Positions 12,367 through 24,500 of a stretch of DNA of 64,000 nt are shown here, piece by piece. This DNA comes from Torpedo marmorata (lineage: Eukaryota): NCBI GenBank assembly GCA_977017645.1, contig OZ360247.1, positions 43,958,001 through 44,022,000 on the forward strand. Reading direction: 5' to 3'. The position numbers were made by a program, and so were the translations under genes. The notes beneath the pieces were generated by a model. The model worked only from the letters and a program-made list of their open reading frames with translations, was not told where the DNA came from and did not search any database. Within the stretch, counting starts at the first letter, position 1. Each line of letters starts with the position of its first letter.

Positions 12367-13804
12367 ATGGGTTCCAGACATTTGGCTATAGGATGAGAAT
12401 ATTTAAAGGGATTTTCATATCCTAATCTCAATGCAGCTGAGGTTGGCATCAGGTTTCATCAAATAGTATGATGATCATATTTTAAACAGTTTCAATGAAA
12501 TAGCAGGTTGCTGAACTCTATAATGAGTACCTGCATGCAGTACAAGAGAGGTAAAGTAATGAGCATATCTGAAATCAAATAAATATCAAGGTCCAGTGCA
12601 TAGTGATCCTTGCAAAATTGCTGCATCAAAAAAGCACAAGCTGCATATGGGCTTGAGATTGCCACGTTATTCGATCAAGGATCACGGTAGGCTGGGAATT
12701 AGTTTTTAATATTCCTAGATTCCAACTATTCAGCAATCATAAATACAAGGATACTGTTCTAAATACAGTGCCCTCCATAATGTTTGGGACAAAGAAATTT
12801 TTTCCTTTATTTGCCCCTGTGCTCCACAGTTTTAAATTTGTAATCAAACGATTCACATGTGATTAAAGTGCACATTCCAGATTTTATTAAAGGGTATTTG
12901 AATACATTATGGTTTGACCATGTAGAAATTACAGCACTTTTTATACATCGTCCCCTCATTTCAGGGCACCATAATGTTTGGGACATTTGGCTTCACAGGT
13001 GTTTGTGAATACTCGGGTATGTTTAATTGCTTCATTGGTGCAGGTATAAGAGAGCTCGGCTTGGTTCTAAGCTTTTGATCACCTTTGGAGTCTGTAGTTG
13101 CCATTTTTCAACATGAGGGCCAGAGTTGTGCCAATGAAAGTCAAAGAAGCCATTATGAGGCTGAAAAACAAGAATAAAACAGTAAGAGATATCGCCCAAA
13201 CATTAAGATTACTCAAATCATCTGTTTGGAGCATCTTTAAGAAAGAGCTCAGTAATCGCAAAGGGACTGGTAGGCCAAGGAAGACCTCCACTGCCGATGA
13301 CAGAAGAATTCTCATCATAATGAAGAAAAATCCCCAAACGCCTGTCCGACAGATCAGACGCACTCTTCAGGAGGCAGGTGTGGATGTATCTATGACTACT
13401 GTCTGCAGAAGACTTCATGAACAGAAATACAGAGGCTACTCTGCAAGATGCAAACTACTAGTTAGCCGCAGAAACAGGATGGCCAGATTACAGTTTGCCA
13501 AGAAGTATTTAAAAGAGCCTGCAGAATTCTGGAAAAAAAAGGTCTTGTGGACAGATGAGACCAAGATTAACGTGCATCAGAGTGATGACAAGAGCATAAA
13601 GGAACTGCCCAAGATCCAAAGCATACCACCTCATCTCTGAAACATGGTGGTGGGGGTGTTATGGCCTGTGCATGTATGGTTGCCACAAGTACTGGCGCAT
13701 TTATCTTCATTGATGATGTAACTGCTGATGGCAGTAGCAAAATGAATTCTGAGGTGTATAGAAACATCTTATTTTAAATTTAAATTTTAAAATTTTTTAT
13801 TAAA

Positions 13805-14038
13805 AAAAATTAGACATGCAGCACGGTAACAGGCCATTTCAGCCCACGAGCCCGTGCTGCACAATTACACCCAATTAACCTACAACTCCTGGTACGTTTT
13901 GAATGGTAGGAGGAAACCCTTGCAGATACGGGGAGAACGTACAAAGGTCCTTGCAGACAGCGCGGGATTCGAACCCCGTACCCGATCGCTGGTACTGTAA
14001 TAGCGTTGCGCTAACCACTACGCTAACCGTGCCGCCCT
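13805..14038 (-). mobile_element. HE1-like SINE
   Basis: Reverse complement of the SINE head (CTAACCGTGCCGCCC, GATTCGAACCC) plus a CR1-like tail. Confidence 0.85.
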
Positions 14039-14950
14039 CAAGTTCGAGCAAATGCCTCCAAACTTATTGGCTTCATGTATACTCACATGTCTGTCCATGG
14101 CCTCATGTAACCCATTTCAGTTCTGTCACACTCCCATACTCATGTCTGTCCATGGCCTCATGCACTATCCCACCAAGACCACCCACAAATTGGAGGAACA
14201 ACACCTGATTTTCCATCTGGGCACTCTCCAGCTGAATGACATTAATATCAACTTTTCTGGTTAGTGCTAACCTGCTCTCCTTTCCCCCTCCCTTCCCTTC
14301 CCCATGTCAGCTCTTGTATCAGATTCGGTGGGTTCACAGAGAGACGAGTCTGGACACAAGGGTTTGCAATCACACGTAGCTTTTATTAACACACAACAAT
14401 TTATAGAGGAGCATGGGAAAATTAACGGGAATAAAACATGCGCACAATTTATAAAGGAGTGGGAAAATGTTACGGGAATAAAACGCGCACAATTTATAAA
14501 AGCGTGGGAAAACGTTACGGGAATAAAACACAAGCGCACAATTTATAAAAGAGCGTGGGAAAACGTTAAACAGTACACAATTATTAATTCACACAGGTGG
14601 TGCCGACATTTGCACACTATAAGCAGGGGTAATACACAGCGTCCCGGACCCCTGATAGTCGGGAGGCAGCTCTGGTACAAACGGTACCCACAGGGGTATA
14701 CACACATTCCCGGACCCCTGATCGTTGGGAGGTGCGGCTCTACTGCGAGTATCGATCTATAGCAATTTGAACTATAGCGATGCTATGGCTCAGCTTCAGT
14801 GCAGTGCACACCTTACCTGCGACCCTTCCAAGCGACATCCACGGTAGCGACCTGGCATGGAGCGGTGTCCGGGGCTATCACCACGAGGCAGAGAGAGAGA
14901 AATGTGCTCTGTACTAATGCTAAATAGGGTGCTAATTTGTGTGTCTCGCC

Positions 14951-15491
14951 CAGCGTTTCCTAAAATGGGTTCGGCGGAACCCAGGGATTCTGGAAAGGCA
15001 TAGGGATTCTGCGGAAGAAATGTGACGGAGTAATAACGATCTGCGCGGGTGAAGCCGGTGACTGTGGGCCAGAGTCAGCGCTGTTGCCGACGTGCGCTGT
15101 GGTTTCTGGGAGCTGGCGGTGGCGACATGAAGATTTGCGCCGTGTGCGAGGAGGGGGCTCCGAAATACAGCCTGTCACCTGCGGTAAAAGGGGTGCGCAG
15201 CCAGCGGTGTCTGATGCGGTGGGGGCGGACGGGGGTAGCCTGGGCCGCGGCGGGGAGCGAGGGGCGGCGGGGGTGACCCGGGCCCGTGGCGGGGCAAGGT
15301 CGGGGGGGGCCTTTCTAAAGCTCAGCCTAGGGCCGGGGTGGTAGTTAATCTGCTACTGGTGAGTTTAATTACTTTCTTACTATGCTTGTGTATATACCAG
15401 GTCTTTTAAACTGTAATTGACGATTGGGGTTCCGTGATTTCCAAGTGCTCCCCGAAAGGGTTCTGTGGGCTAAAAAGTTTGGGAAGCCCTG
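14951..15491. mobile_element. Non-autonomous hAT element carrying GC-rich, gene-like cargo
   Basis: TIRs CAGCGTTTCCTAAA / TTTGGGAAGCCCTG, subterminal GGGTTC motifs, 8-bp flanks GTCTCGCC/GTCTAGTC (6 of 8 match; Charlie-like target). Confidence 0.75.
15127..15191 (+). pseudogene. Captured first-exon fragment of a HIT-type zinc finger gene (ZNHIT3-like)
   Basis: GGCGAC-ATG context; MKICAVCEEGAPKYS then, after a net 1-nt shift, TCGKR. This gives the CxxC-x8-[C]xxC first half of zf-HIT, followed by GC-rich intron-like DNA. Confidence 0.55.
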
Positions 15492-17249
15492 GTCTAGTCA
15501 AAAGTGACGCTGAGTGATTTGAATTAGCCAACGGCAAGGTGTGCACTAATTAGTGGCCGGAGCCCAACGTTGACTGACAGGTGATGTAATTAGTGGCCGG
15601 AGCTCAACCTTGATTGACAGGTGATGTGACTTCCGAATAAGTTCCAGGGAGGGGAGGGGAGGGGAGGGGAGGGGGGGGGGGGGGGGAGGGAGGACACGTG
15701 ACCACCCGCAATACACACATCCCAGACAGGCAGGGAGGCCACATTTCCTCCACACACAACAGCTCTCCACCCCCTTCCCTCTCTATTCACTTAGCCAACC
15801 CTCATCCGCTTGCTTGCTGCTGTGCCCTCTCTCCCTTCTCCACCTATTACCTCCTGCCTTTGCGACCACATCTCCCCTTACCCTTTTATTCGGACACCTG
15901 GCGACATTTTTCCATACCTTGATGAAGGGCTCAAGCACGAAACGTCAGTTATGTATTTTTATATTTGCTATATAAAGTACACTGTTTGACCTGCTGAGTT
16001 TCTCCAGCATTGTGGTTTTACTCCAAACTTATTGGACGGCGCTTCATCCCAAGCATACAGCTAAAGCAATAAAAATTTTCAAAGCTAAAAACTGGAAAAT
16101 TCTTGAATGGCCAAGTCAGTCCCCCGATCTCAATCCAATTGAGCATGCCTTCCATCGGCTGAAGAGAAAACTTAAGGGGACAAGCCCCAAAACAAGCACG
16201 AGCTGAAGATGTCTGCAGTAGAGGCCTGGCAGAGCATCACCAGAGAAGATACTCAGCACCTGGTGATGTCTATGAATCACAGACTTCAAGCAGTCATTGC
16301 ATGCAAGGGATATGCAACAAAGTACTGAACATGACTACTTAAATATATATACCATTGCTATGTCCCAAATATTATGGTGCCCTGAAATGAGGGGACAATG
16401 TATAGAAAGTGCTGTAATTTTTACATGGTCAAACTAAAATGTACACATATACTCTTGAATAAAATCTGGAATGTGCACTTTAATCACATGTGAATTGTTT
16501 GATTTCAAATTTAAAACTGGAGCACAGGGGGAAGTAATGGAAAAAAATGTGTCTTTATCCCAAACATTATGGAGGGCACTGTGGAAAGGATCTACTGGAT
16601 AGTTCAAGGATGAGGTTGAAGAACAAAAGAGTTACTATTGCATTGGTTATTTTTAAAAATAAATGAGGATCCAAATAACTAAATCAAGGTAGATGAGCCA
16701 TTTCATGAGCAAATTTCAATAGCGAATAACAGAAAGTTTAAGTTATCTCCCATTTCGGAGAAATGATACCAACTGTAGGAAAGGAGATTTTTTGATGTGG
16801 AAAGGATGTTTTTGGTCTGTGTGTCGAAAGCCAAAAGAGGAAGGGAACAATAGTGATAAAACTAAAAAAGTGTAATGAATGTTATAATAAATACATAACC
16901 AGAAAGATTATGAAAGTGAGACTGATAAAGTTAATTTTTCAGACAAAGAATTCGATGGAAAAGATTGAGACAAAATTGAAGTGCTCTGGCACTTAAACAG
17001 CAGCTAAGACTTGCATATTTAAGCAAAAAATGAACAAATTTATTAACTCATGACATTCTCCATGTTGATGAAAGATGTGGCTAAATATGTACCGGTACTT
17101 TGCATCTGTCTGCAAAGAAGGCAGTTGATGTGATTGTTACACTAAAGAGGGAAGGCATGGATAGAGGATGCACGTTTTAAAAAGTAGGTAAGTTACCTTG
17201 ACCAAACAGATTGCTGAAAGGAACAGCAATCGATATTCCACTGAGACAC

Positions 17250-17420
17250 ACGAGAGACTGCAGATGCTAGAATCTGGAACAACACATAATCTGCTGGAGG
17301 AACTTGGGGGAGGGGGGGGGTGGTGGGTATTGAGCAACAGCAGTGGGAGAAAAACATTAATTGTCAACGTTGTAGGCTGGAACCATTCATCAGGACTGAG
17401 AGTGTAGAGGAGAGAGATTG
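17250..17420 (-). mobile_element. Penelope-type tail fragment
   Basis: CTGCAGATGCTAGAATCTGG..TGCTGGAGGAACT..TTCATCAGGACTG, the reverse of the tail at 15920-16025. Confidence 0.6.
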
Positions 17421-17559
17421 CAGTGAGATTGGCCACAAACTTCCAGTCATCATTAGATGTATACATTAATTTAGATCTATGTATTAGCTCTTTTTAACAA
17501 AATAAAATACCGTAATGTAATAATGTTACATTTTGCAGTTAACCTTTGACAGTGCCACT

Positions 17560-17850
17560 GCAGCTCAGTTATTAGCACACTTGTCTCTGACAAAGTCCAC
17601 TCCTGATACCAGAGCATAAAATTCTAGACTGATGCTCCAATGTGATACTGTCTTTCATGTGTGTGAGTGAAGCTTGGGCCCCAATCTCAGGTAGATGTAA
17701 ATGTAAAGGATGCCGTAGCTCTATTTTGAAGAAATCAAGAGGTATTACCCCTTGTGCGCTGGCCAGTATTTATACCACTCGAAGCTTAAAACTTTAACAA
17801 AGAAGCAGATGGGGGTCATCACACATTACTGTTTGTGGAAGCTTGTGGAA
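17560..17850 (+). mobile_element. Ancient DeuSINE (AmnSINE/SacSINE-like)
   Basis: Deu-core-like CTCAGGTAGATGTAAA..GATGCCGTAGCTCTATTTTGAAGAA..CTGGCCAGTATTTAT and tail CACATTACTGTTTGTGGAAGCTTG. Confidence 0.6.
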
Positions 17851-17989
17851 GCACGGTAGTGGGTTGTATAAAAAGGGGTGATGAGTCAGCATAGAGGAGG
17901 GAGATTGAAAACTTGGCTGAATGGTGCACCAACAACAACCTCGCACTCAATGTCACCAAAACCAAGGAGCTGATTGTTGGGGAAAGGGA

Positions 17990-18880
17990 TATTCTTAGAA
18001 TTGCCTTCTTCCATTCGCCATTTAATGGTCCACCATTGTTTATGCCTTGCTTGATGTGACAGGACTCCTGTGTTTCCCTCTAATCTGCTGTCATATCACT
18101 TGGCTGTGTTCATTAAATTGATGTTTTGGCTATATTTACATGCACATTTTCTGTGTTAAAGTTTGATTTGGCTGGGATATCTTCTTTAGCTATGCCAGGT
18201 GCTGTTTCTAATATGCTTTTCTGCACTCAATTACTAATGGTAGAATGGTACATTTCTGCTGAAAGTATTAGGCCACAATACTTCATGAAGGACCAGTTTT
18301 ATTGTGATTGTATTCTATTTAGTATGATTGGAATGCCACACATCATGAATGAATGATGGAGGGCATCCTCGATGTGAAGATTGGACTGTGCTATGACTTC
18401 TATCAATGATATCATGAACAGGTGGAATGGTGAGGATGCAGTCAAGGAGAATTTGTTCCTCATGTTGGATCACTCACTACCTGCTGTTAACCTAGTCTGG
18501 TAGATATGTCTTCAGGACTCTGCCATCTTATTCAATACTGACTGCTTCCAAGTCATTTCTGATCATGAATATTGAAGTCCCCAACCAGAGTACATTTTTT
18601 GCCCTTGGTACTTTCAGCTTTTGTTCCTAATGTTAGTTATCACAGAGGAGCAGGAATTCAACAGATGAACGAGGACGGGAGGTAGTAATCTGGCCCCTGT
18701 TTGACATGATGCCATGTGCCATCAGTATTGGGGACTCCAAGAGCTGCTTCCTCCTACCTTGGTATCACTCTGCTGCCACTGCTGACAAGACATACTCAGG
18801 GGTTATGATAGAAGAATCTGATAAGTAGTCATACTCACAAGATCATGCCTTCGACACTCAGTGGGATGAGATACCAAAAC
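17990..18880 (-). mobile_element. Old degraded LINE (endonuclease region)
   Basis: Minus-strand GDFNI motif (AATATTGAAGTCCCC near 18568); no intact ORF. Confidence 0.4.
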
Positions 18881-18974
18881 ATGAAAGCAGTTAGCTATTC
18901 CTTCTATTTGGTCCTTTCATAAGGCTTTACCCAAGTAAAAACAAAATGCTGGAGAAACTCAGCAGATCAAACAA

Positions 18975-21328
18975 ATCAAGTCACCTTTATTTGTCGTTCA
19001 TTACCATATACACAGTAAGACGAGATAGCGTTTCTCCAGGACCATGGGCAAATGTACATAAATATCATAATACAATAAAAAAACTATAACATGCTAATAC
19101 ACATATATATCTAAAAATTGAGGAGCCTGATGGCTTGGTGGAGAAAACTGTTGCACAATCTGGACGTACGAGCCCGAATGCTTCAGTACGTCCTTCCAGA
19201 TGGCAAAAAGGAAAAAAGTTTACAAAAGGGGTGTGAGAAGTCCTTCACAATGTTATTAGCCTTCCTCATGCATCGTGTGTTGTAGATGTCCGTCATGGTG
19301 GGAAGAGAGACACCAATAATTTTCTCTGCTGACCCCACTATCCTCTGCAGGGTCTTTCGGTCTGAGATGGTACAGTTTCCAAACCAAGCGGTGATGCAAT
19401 TGCTCAGAATACTCTCAATACATCCCCTGTAGAATGTAGTAAGGATAGAGGGTGGAAGATGAACTTTCCTCAGCCTTCGCAGGAAGTAAAGGCGCTGCTG
19501 GGCTTTCTTGGCTATGGAACTGGTGTTGAGGGACCAGGTGAGATTCTCTGCCAAGTGCACTCCAAGAAACTTGGTACTCTTTACGACCTCAACGGTAGGT
19601 CAATGGAGAATGATCTCCCCGGGCCCTCCTGAAGTCGACAACCAACTCTTTTGTTTTATTTACATTCAGATGCAGGTTGTTGGCTCCGCACCATTCCATT
19701 AGCGACTGCACCTCACCTCTGTATGCTGACTCGTCGTTTTTGCTGATAAGGCCCACCACAGTCGTATCATCAGCGAACTTGATGATGTGATTCGAGCTGT
19801 TTTGCTGCACAGTCATGAGTCAGCAGAGTGAACAGCAATGGACTAAGCACACAGCCCTGGGGAGCCCCCGTGCTCAATGTAATGACCTTAGAAATGCTGT
19901 TTCCAATCCGGACTGCCTGAGGTCTTCCCGTCAGGAAGTCTAGAATCCAATTACAGAGGGTGTTGTTTAGGCCTAGCCCGCTCAACCTCCCTATCAGGTA
20001 CTGAGGTATGATCGTGTTGAATGCCGAGCTGAAGTCAATAAACAGCATTCGAACATACGTGTCCTTATTTTCCAGGTGGGTGAGGGCTAGATGGAGGGTG
20101 GTAATGGTGGCATCATCTGTAGAGTGGTTTGATCTATATGCGAACTGCAGGAGGTCCAGTGACGGGGGCAGCAGAAGCTTGATGTGCCCCAGGACGAGCC
20201 TCTCAATGCACTTCATGACAGTAGATGTGAGTGCGACAGGGCGGTAGTCATTGAGGCAGGACACCATCGACTTCTTCGGCACGGGGATGATGGTGGCGGC
20301 TTTGATGCACGTTGGAACCACGGCACTGCTCAAGGAGATGTTAAAGATGTCGGTGAGAACATCTGCCAGCTGGGCCGCACATCCCCTGAGCACTCTGTCG
20401 GAATGTTATCTGCACCAGCAGCTTTCCGTGGGTTAACCTTGCTTAACACTCTCCTCACGTCGGCCACTGTAAAACACAGCACCTGATCATTTGGAGGAGG
20501 GGTGGTCTTTGCCGCTACACCATTTTTCGCCTCAAAACGCGCGTAGAAGTTGTTCCGTGCATCTGGGAGGGAGGCATCACCAGCACAGTCAGATGGTGTG
20601 ATTTTGAATGCTCTTCCACATGCGCTGCATGTCCTTGCTATCCTGAAAGTGACTCTGAATTCGCTGGGCATGTGCACGCTTTGCCTCCCTGATGGCCTTA
20701 GACAGCTTGGCTCTCGCAATAGCTAGGGTTACCTTGTCGCCCGCACTGAAGGCAGAGTTTCGGCTCCTCAGCAGCACACGCACCTCCGCAGTCATCCATG
20801 GCTTCTGATTAGAGCGAGTAATGATGGTCTTGGGCACAGTGACTTTGTCAGTGCACTTACTAATGTAGCTAGTAACTGATGCCGTATACTCCTCCAGGTT
20901 GATGCAGTCGCTAACGGTTGCTGCTTCCCTGAACATGTGCCAATCAGTATGCTCAAAGCAGTCCTGAAGTGCATGGATGGCTCCTGCTGGCCAGGTTTTA
21001 ACCTGCTTCAGAACTGGTCTGGAGCGTCTGGCGAGCGGTCTGTATGCTGGGGTTAGCATTACAGAGATGTCTGAGTATCCGAGGTGGGGGCAGGGCTCCA
21101 CCCGATACGCGTCGGAAATGTTCGTAAACACAAGGTCCAACGTGTTCAAGGTCTCATAGCAAAATCCACATACTGATGGAATTTAGGTAGCCCTGACTTG
21201 AGGTTCGCCTGGTTAAAATCCCTAGCGATAATCAACAGTCCATCAGGGTGTGCGGTCTGCAGTTCGCCTATAGCCCCACACAGTTCCCAGATCGCCTCCT
21301 TGGCATTCGCGCTGGGGGGGATGTACAA
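18975..21328 (-). mobile_element. Rex1/Babar-type LINE (endonuclease end and RT), frameshifted
   Basis: [76 protein letters not shown]. Confidence 0.9.
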
Positions 21329-21456
21329 GGGTTGAGAACAATTGCTCTAGACCCAATTGTTACTGAAATATTTTGCTTGAGAAAAATTGTCATTGGCCCA
21401 TTTCCTTTGGAGTTATGAAACCGTGCACATAACGAGTCAATTAGGTACGATTAAAA

Positions 21457-21560
21457 CAGTGGTTTTCAAGCTTTTTCTTTCCACTCACATACCACCTTAA
21501 GTAATCCCTTTCTAATCACAGGTGGTATGTGAGTGGAAAGAAAAAGTTTGAAAACCACTG
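21457..21560. mobile_element. hAT MITE (same family as 7183-7599), preceded by a partial sibling end near 21328-21347
   Basis: Palindromic CAGTGGTTTTCAA..TTCCACTCACATACCACC / GGTGGTATGTGAGTGGAA..TTGAAAACCACTG. Confidence 0.8.
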
Positions 21561-21584
21561 GTTTAAATGAATTGATTCATTCAT

Positions 21585-24500
21585 AGAAATAGAAACATAG
21601 AAAATAGATGTAGGAGTAGGCCATTTGGCCCTTCAAGCCTACACCGCCATTCGTTTTGATCATGGCTGATCATCCACTCAGTACCCAGTACCAGCTCTCT
21701 CTCCTTACCCCCTGATCCCCTCAGTCACAAGTGCCAAATCTAACTCCCTCTTAAATATAGCTAAGGAACCGGCCTCAACTACTTCCTGTGGCAGACAATT
21801 CCACAAATTCACCACCCTCTGAGTGAATTTTTTTTTTCTCATATGAACGCCAACGTACCATTCGCTTTTTTTTACTGCTTGCTGCACCTGCATGTCCACT
21901 TTCAATGACTGATGCACAGCGACACCCAGGTCTCTTTGCATATCTCCTTTTACTAATCGGATACCATTAAGATAATACTCAGCCTTCCTCAAAAATTCTT
22001 TAAAGATTTAAATTTAATTATTAGGAAATTCTTGTGGAAAGGAAAGTTGACTAGAGTAGGTATGGAGAAATTAACTTGGAATTATGAAATGGGTGGTTTA
22101 CAACTTCCTAATTTTCAATATTATTATAAAGCAGCCCAATTAAAATTTATTAATGAAATGTTTGATTTAGGAAAATCTTCTGCTTGGATTAGAATAGAAT
22201 TAAATAATATAGGAGAAGATTTGAAAGAAGTTATTTATAAATGGAATTCTAAATTATTATTAACAAGAGGGAAAAACTCTCCTATTTTTAAACATTTGTT
22301 AGAAATATGGAATAGAGTGGATAGAGAGATAGGAGCGAAAGGGTTAATTTCTCGAAAAATGCCTCTGTATCAAAATAAACTTATTCCATTTACTGTTGAT
22401 AATCAATTATTTAAAATTTGGTTCCAAAAGGGAATTAAGAAAATAAACGATTGTTTTGAAGCTAGTAAATTTATTACTTTTCAAAGAATGAAAGATAAGT
22501 TTAATGTATCAAATAATACACTTTTTGCTTATTATCAAATCAGAGCATTTTTAGTTGAAAGGTTGGGCTATAGTTTGACTTTACCAAGACAAAATGACCT
22601 GGAATTATTAGTTACTAATGGAGGTGTAAATAAATTTATTTCTCAAATGTTTAGATTGTTACAGAGGAAAATGCCTAAACTAGGAATTCATAAATCAAGA
22701 TTAAATTGGGAATCAGATTTGAATGTAACAATAGACAAAGAACATTGGAAAGAATTATGTAAACAAAGTATGATGAAGATTATTAATGTTAGATATAGAT
22801 TAGTGCAATATAATTTTTTTCATCAATTATATTTAACACCTAAAAAATTAAAGAAATTTAATCCGACATTATCCGGTTTATGCTTTAGTTGTAATAGAGA
22901 GGAAGGTTCTTTTCTACATTCTACATGGTTTTGTCCAAAGATATATGATTTTTGGTTGAAAGTTAAAAAGTTTTTAGATAAAGTATTAAGAATTACACTC
23001 CCAATGAATCCTATGATATTTTTGTTTGGAAATATTAAATGAATTAGTGTTAAGATGAAATTAAATATGTATCAAACAGAATTTTTAAGTTTGCTTTAGC
23101 TGTTTCTAAGAAATGCATTGCTATTACATGGAAATCTGATGTAGATTTAGGGTTAGAAAGATGGCATGCAGAACTTCGTTCATGTATACCACTTGAAAAA
23201 ATTACTTATAATTTACATAATAAATATCATTTCTTTTTGAAAATATGGAGCCCATATATAAAAACTGTTGGTTTAAGGATTTGAAGATCTCTGGATATTG
23301 GATCTGACTGGCGAACCTGTGTTCCACAATAAAATTAGTTTATAGTTGTTCTTTTTTAGAGTGACATTCTCCTTACTTTATCTTTCTTTCTTTCTTTCTT
23401 TTCGGGAGGGAGGGAGTGGGGTGAAAATGTATCACATGTAATTTGATAATTTTGCATTTTAAGCTATGTACTGTGTGATTTAAAATTTTTTAAATAAAAT
23501 ATAAAAAAAAGATAATACTCAGCCCTCCCATTCTTGCCACCAAAGTGGATAACCTCACATTTATCCACATTATATTGCATCTGCCATGCATTTGCTCACT
23601 CACCCAACCTGTCCAAGTCACCCTGCACCCTCGTAACATCCTCTACACAGCTAACACTGCCACCCAGCTTCGTGTCGTCTGCAAACTTGGAAATGCCGTT
23701 TTCTATTCCCTCATCTAGATCATTAATATATATTGTAAATAACTGGGGTCTTAGCACTGAGCCTTGTGGTACCCCACTAGTTGCTGTCTGCCATTCTGAA
23801 AAGTACCCGTTTATTCCTACTCTTTGCTTCCTATCTGTCAACCAATTTTCTATCCACCTCAGTACCTTACCCCCTATACCGTGTGCCTTAAGTTTGTACA
23901 CCAATCTCCTGTGTGGGCCCATATCAAAAGCCTTCTGAAAATCCAGGTATACTACATCCACTGGTTCTCCCCTATCCACTCTACTAGTTACATCCTCAAA
24001 AAATTCAATAAGATTCGTCAGACACGATTTTTCCCTTCATAAAACCATGCTGGCTCTGTCCAATGATTCCACCACTTTCCAGATGTGCCGTAATCACATC
24101 TTTAATAACTGACTCTAGCATTTTCCCCACTACTGATGTCAGGCTGACCGGTCTATAATTCCCTGTTTTCTCTCTCCCTCCCTTCTTAAAAAGTGGAGTT
24201 ACATTAGCCACCCTCCAGTCCTCAGGAACTACTCCAGAATTTAAAGAGTTTTGAAAAATTATCACTAATGCATCCACTATTTCATGGGCTACTTCCTTAA
24301 GCACTCTGGGATGCAGATAATCTGGCCCTGGGGATTTGTCTGCCTTTAATCCCTTCAATTTATCTAACACAACCTCATGACTTACATTTATTTCCCTCAG
24401 TCTTTCCGTCACATTAGACCCAGGGTCCCCGACTATTTCCTGAAGATTATTCATGTTTTCCCTAGTGAAGACCGAACTAAAGTAGTTATTCAATTGGTCT

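Larger units (their letters stand above)
14315..15761 (-). mobile_element. Solo LTR (about 0.9 kb excluding the nested hAT)
   Basis: TG...CA ends with perfect 5-bp TSD GCTCT (14310-14314 and 15762-15766); minus-strand AATAAA near 14381; internal tandem duplications at 14394-14580 (about 44-bp unit) and 15548-15627. Confidence 0.75.
14060..16025 (+). mobile_element. Penelope-like element 3' part (GIY-YIG C-terminus and tail), split by an LTR
   Basis: MSVHGLMHYPTKTTHKLEEQHLIFHLGTLQ..ININFS; tail GATGAAGGGCTCAAG..TGACCTGCTGAGTTTCTCCAGCA. Confidence 0.75.
12766..16581 (+). mobile_element. Tc1/mariner IR/DR-type DNA transposon with dead transposase, split by about 2.3 kb of nested insertions (about 13773-16045)
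   Basis: TA|CAGTGCCCTCCATAATGTTTGGGA ... TCCCAAACATTATGGAGGGCACTG; roughly 220-bp TIRs with internal direct repeats; GRPRKT, VLWTDETK, KHGGGGVM and WPSQSPDLNPIEH motifs. Confidence 0.93.

Noticed and set aside
9547-12449. Very long Pro-rich (+) and Gly/Arg-rich (-) ORFs, up to 949 aa
   Set aside because: They are translations of a stop-poor C-rich minisatellite, open in several frames and crossing an N gap; the region is intronic.
14394-14740. Regularly spaced repeats resembling a CRISPR array, and the 152-aa ORF over them
   Set aside because: These are tandem duplications with no unique spacers, inside an LTR in a eukaryotic context with no cas genes.
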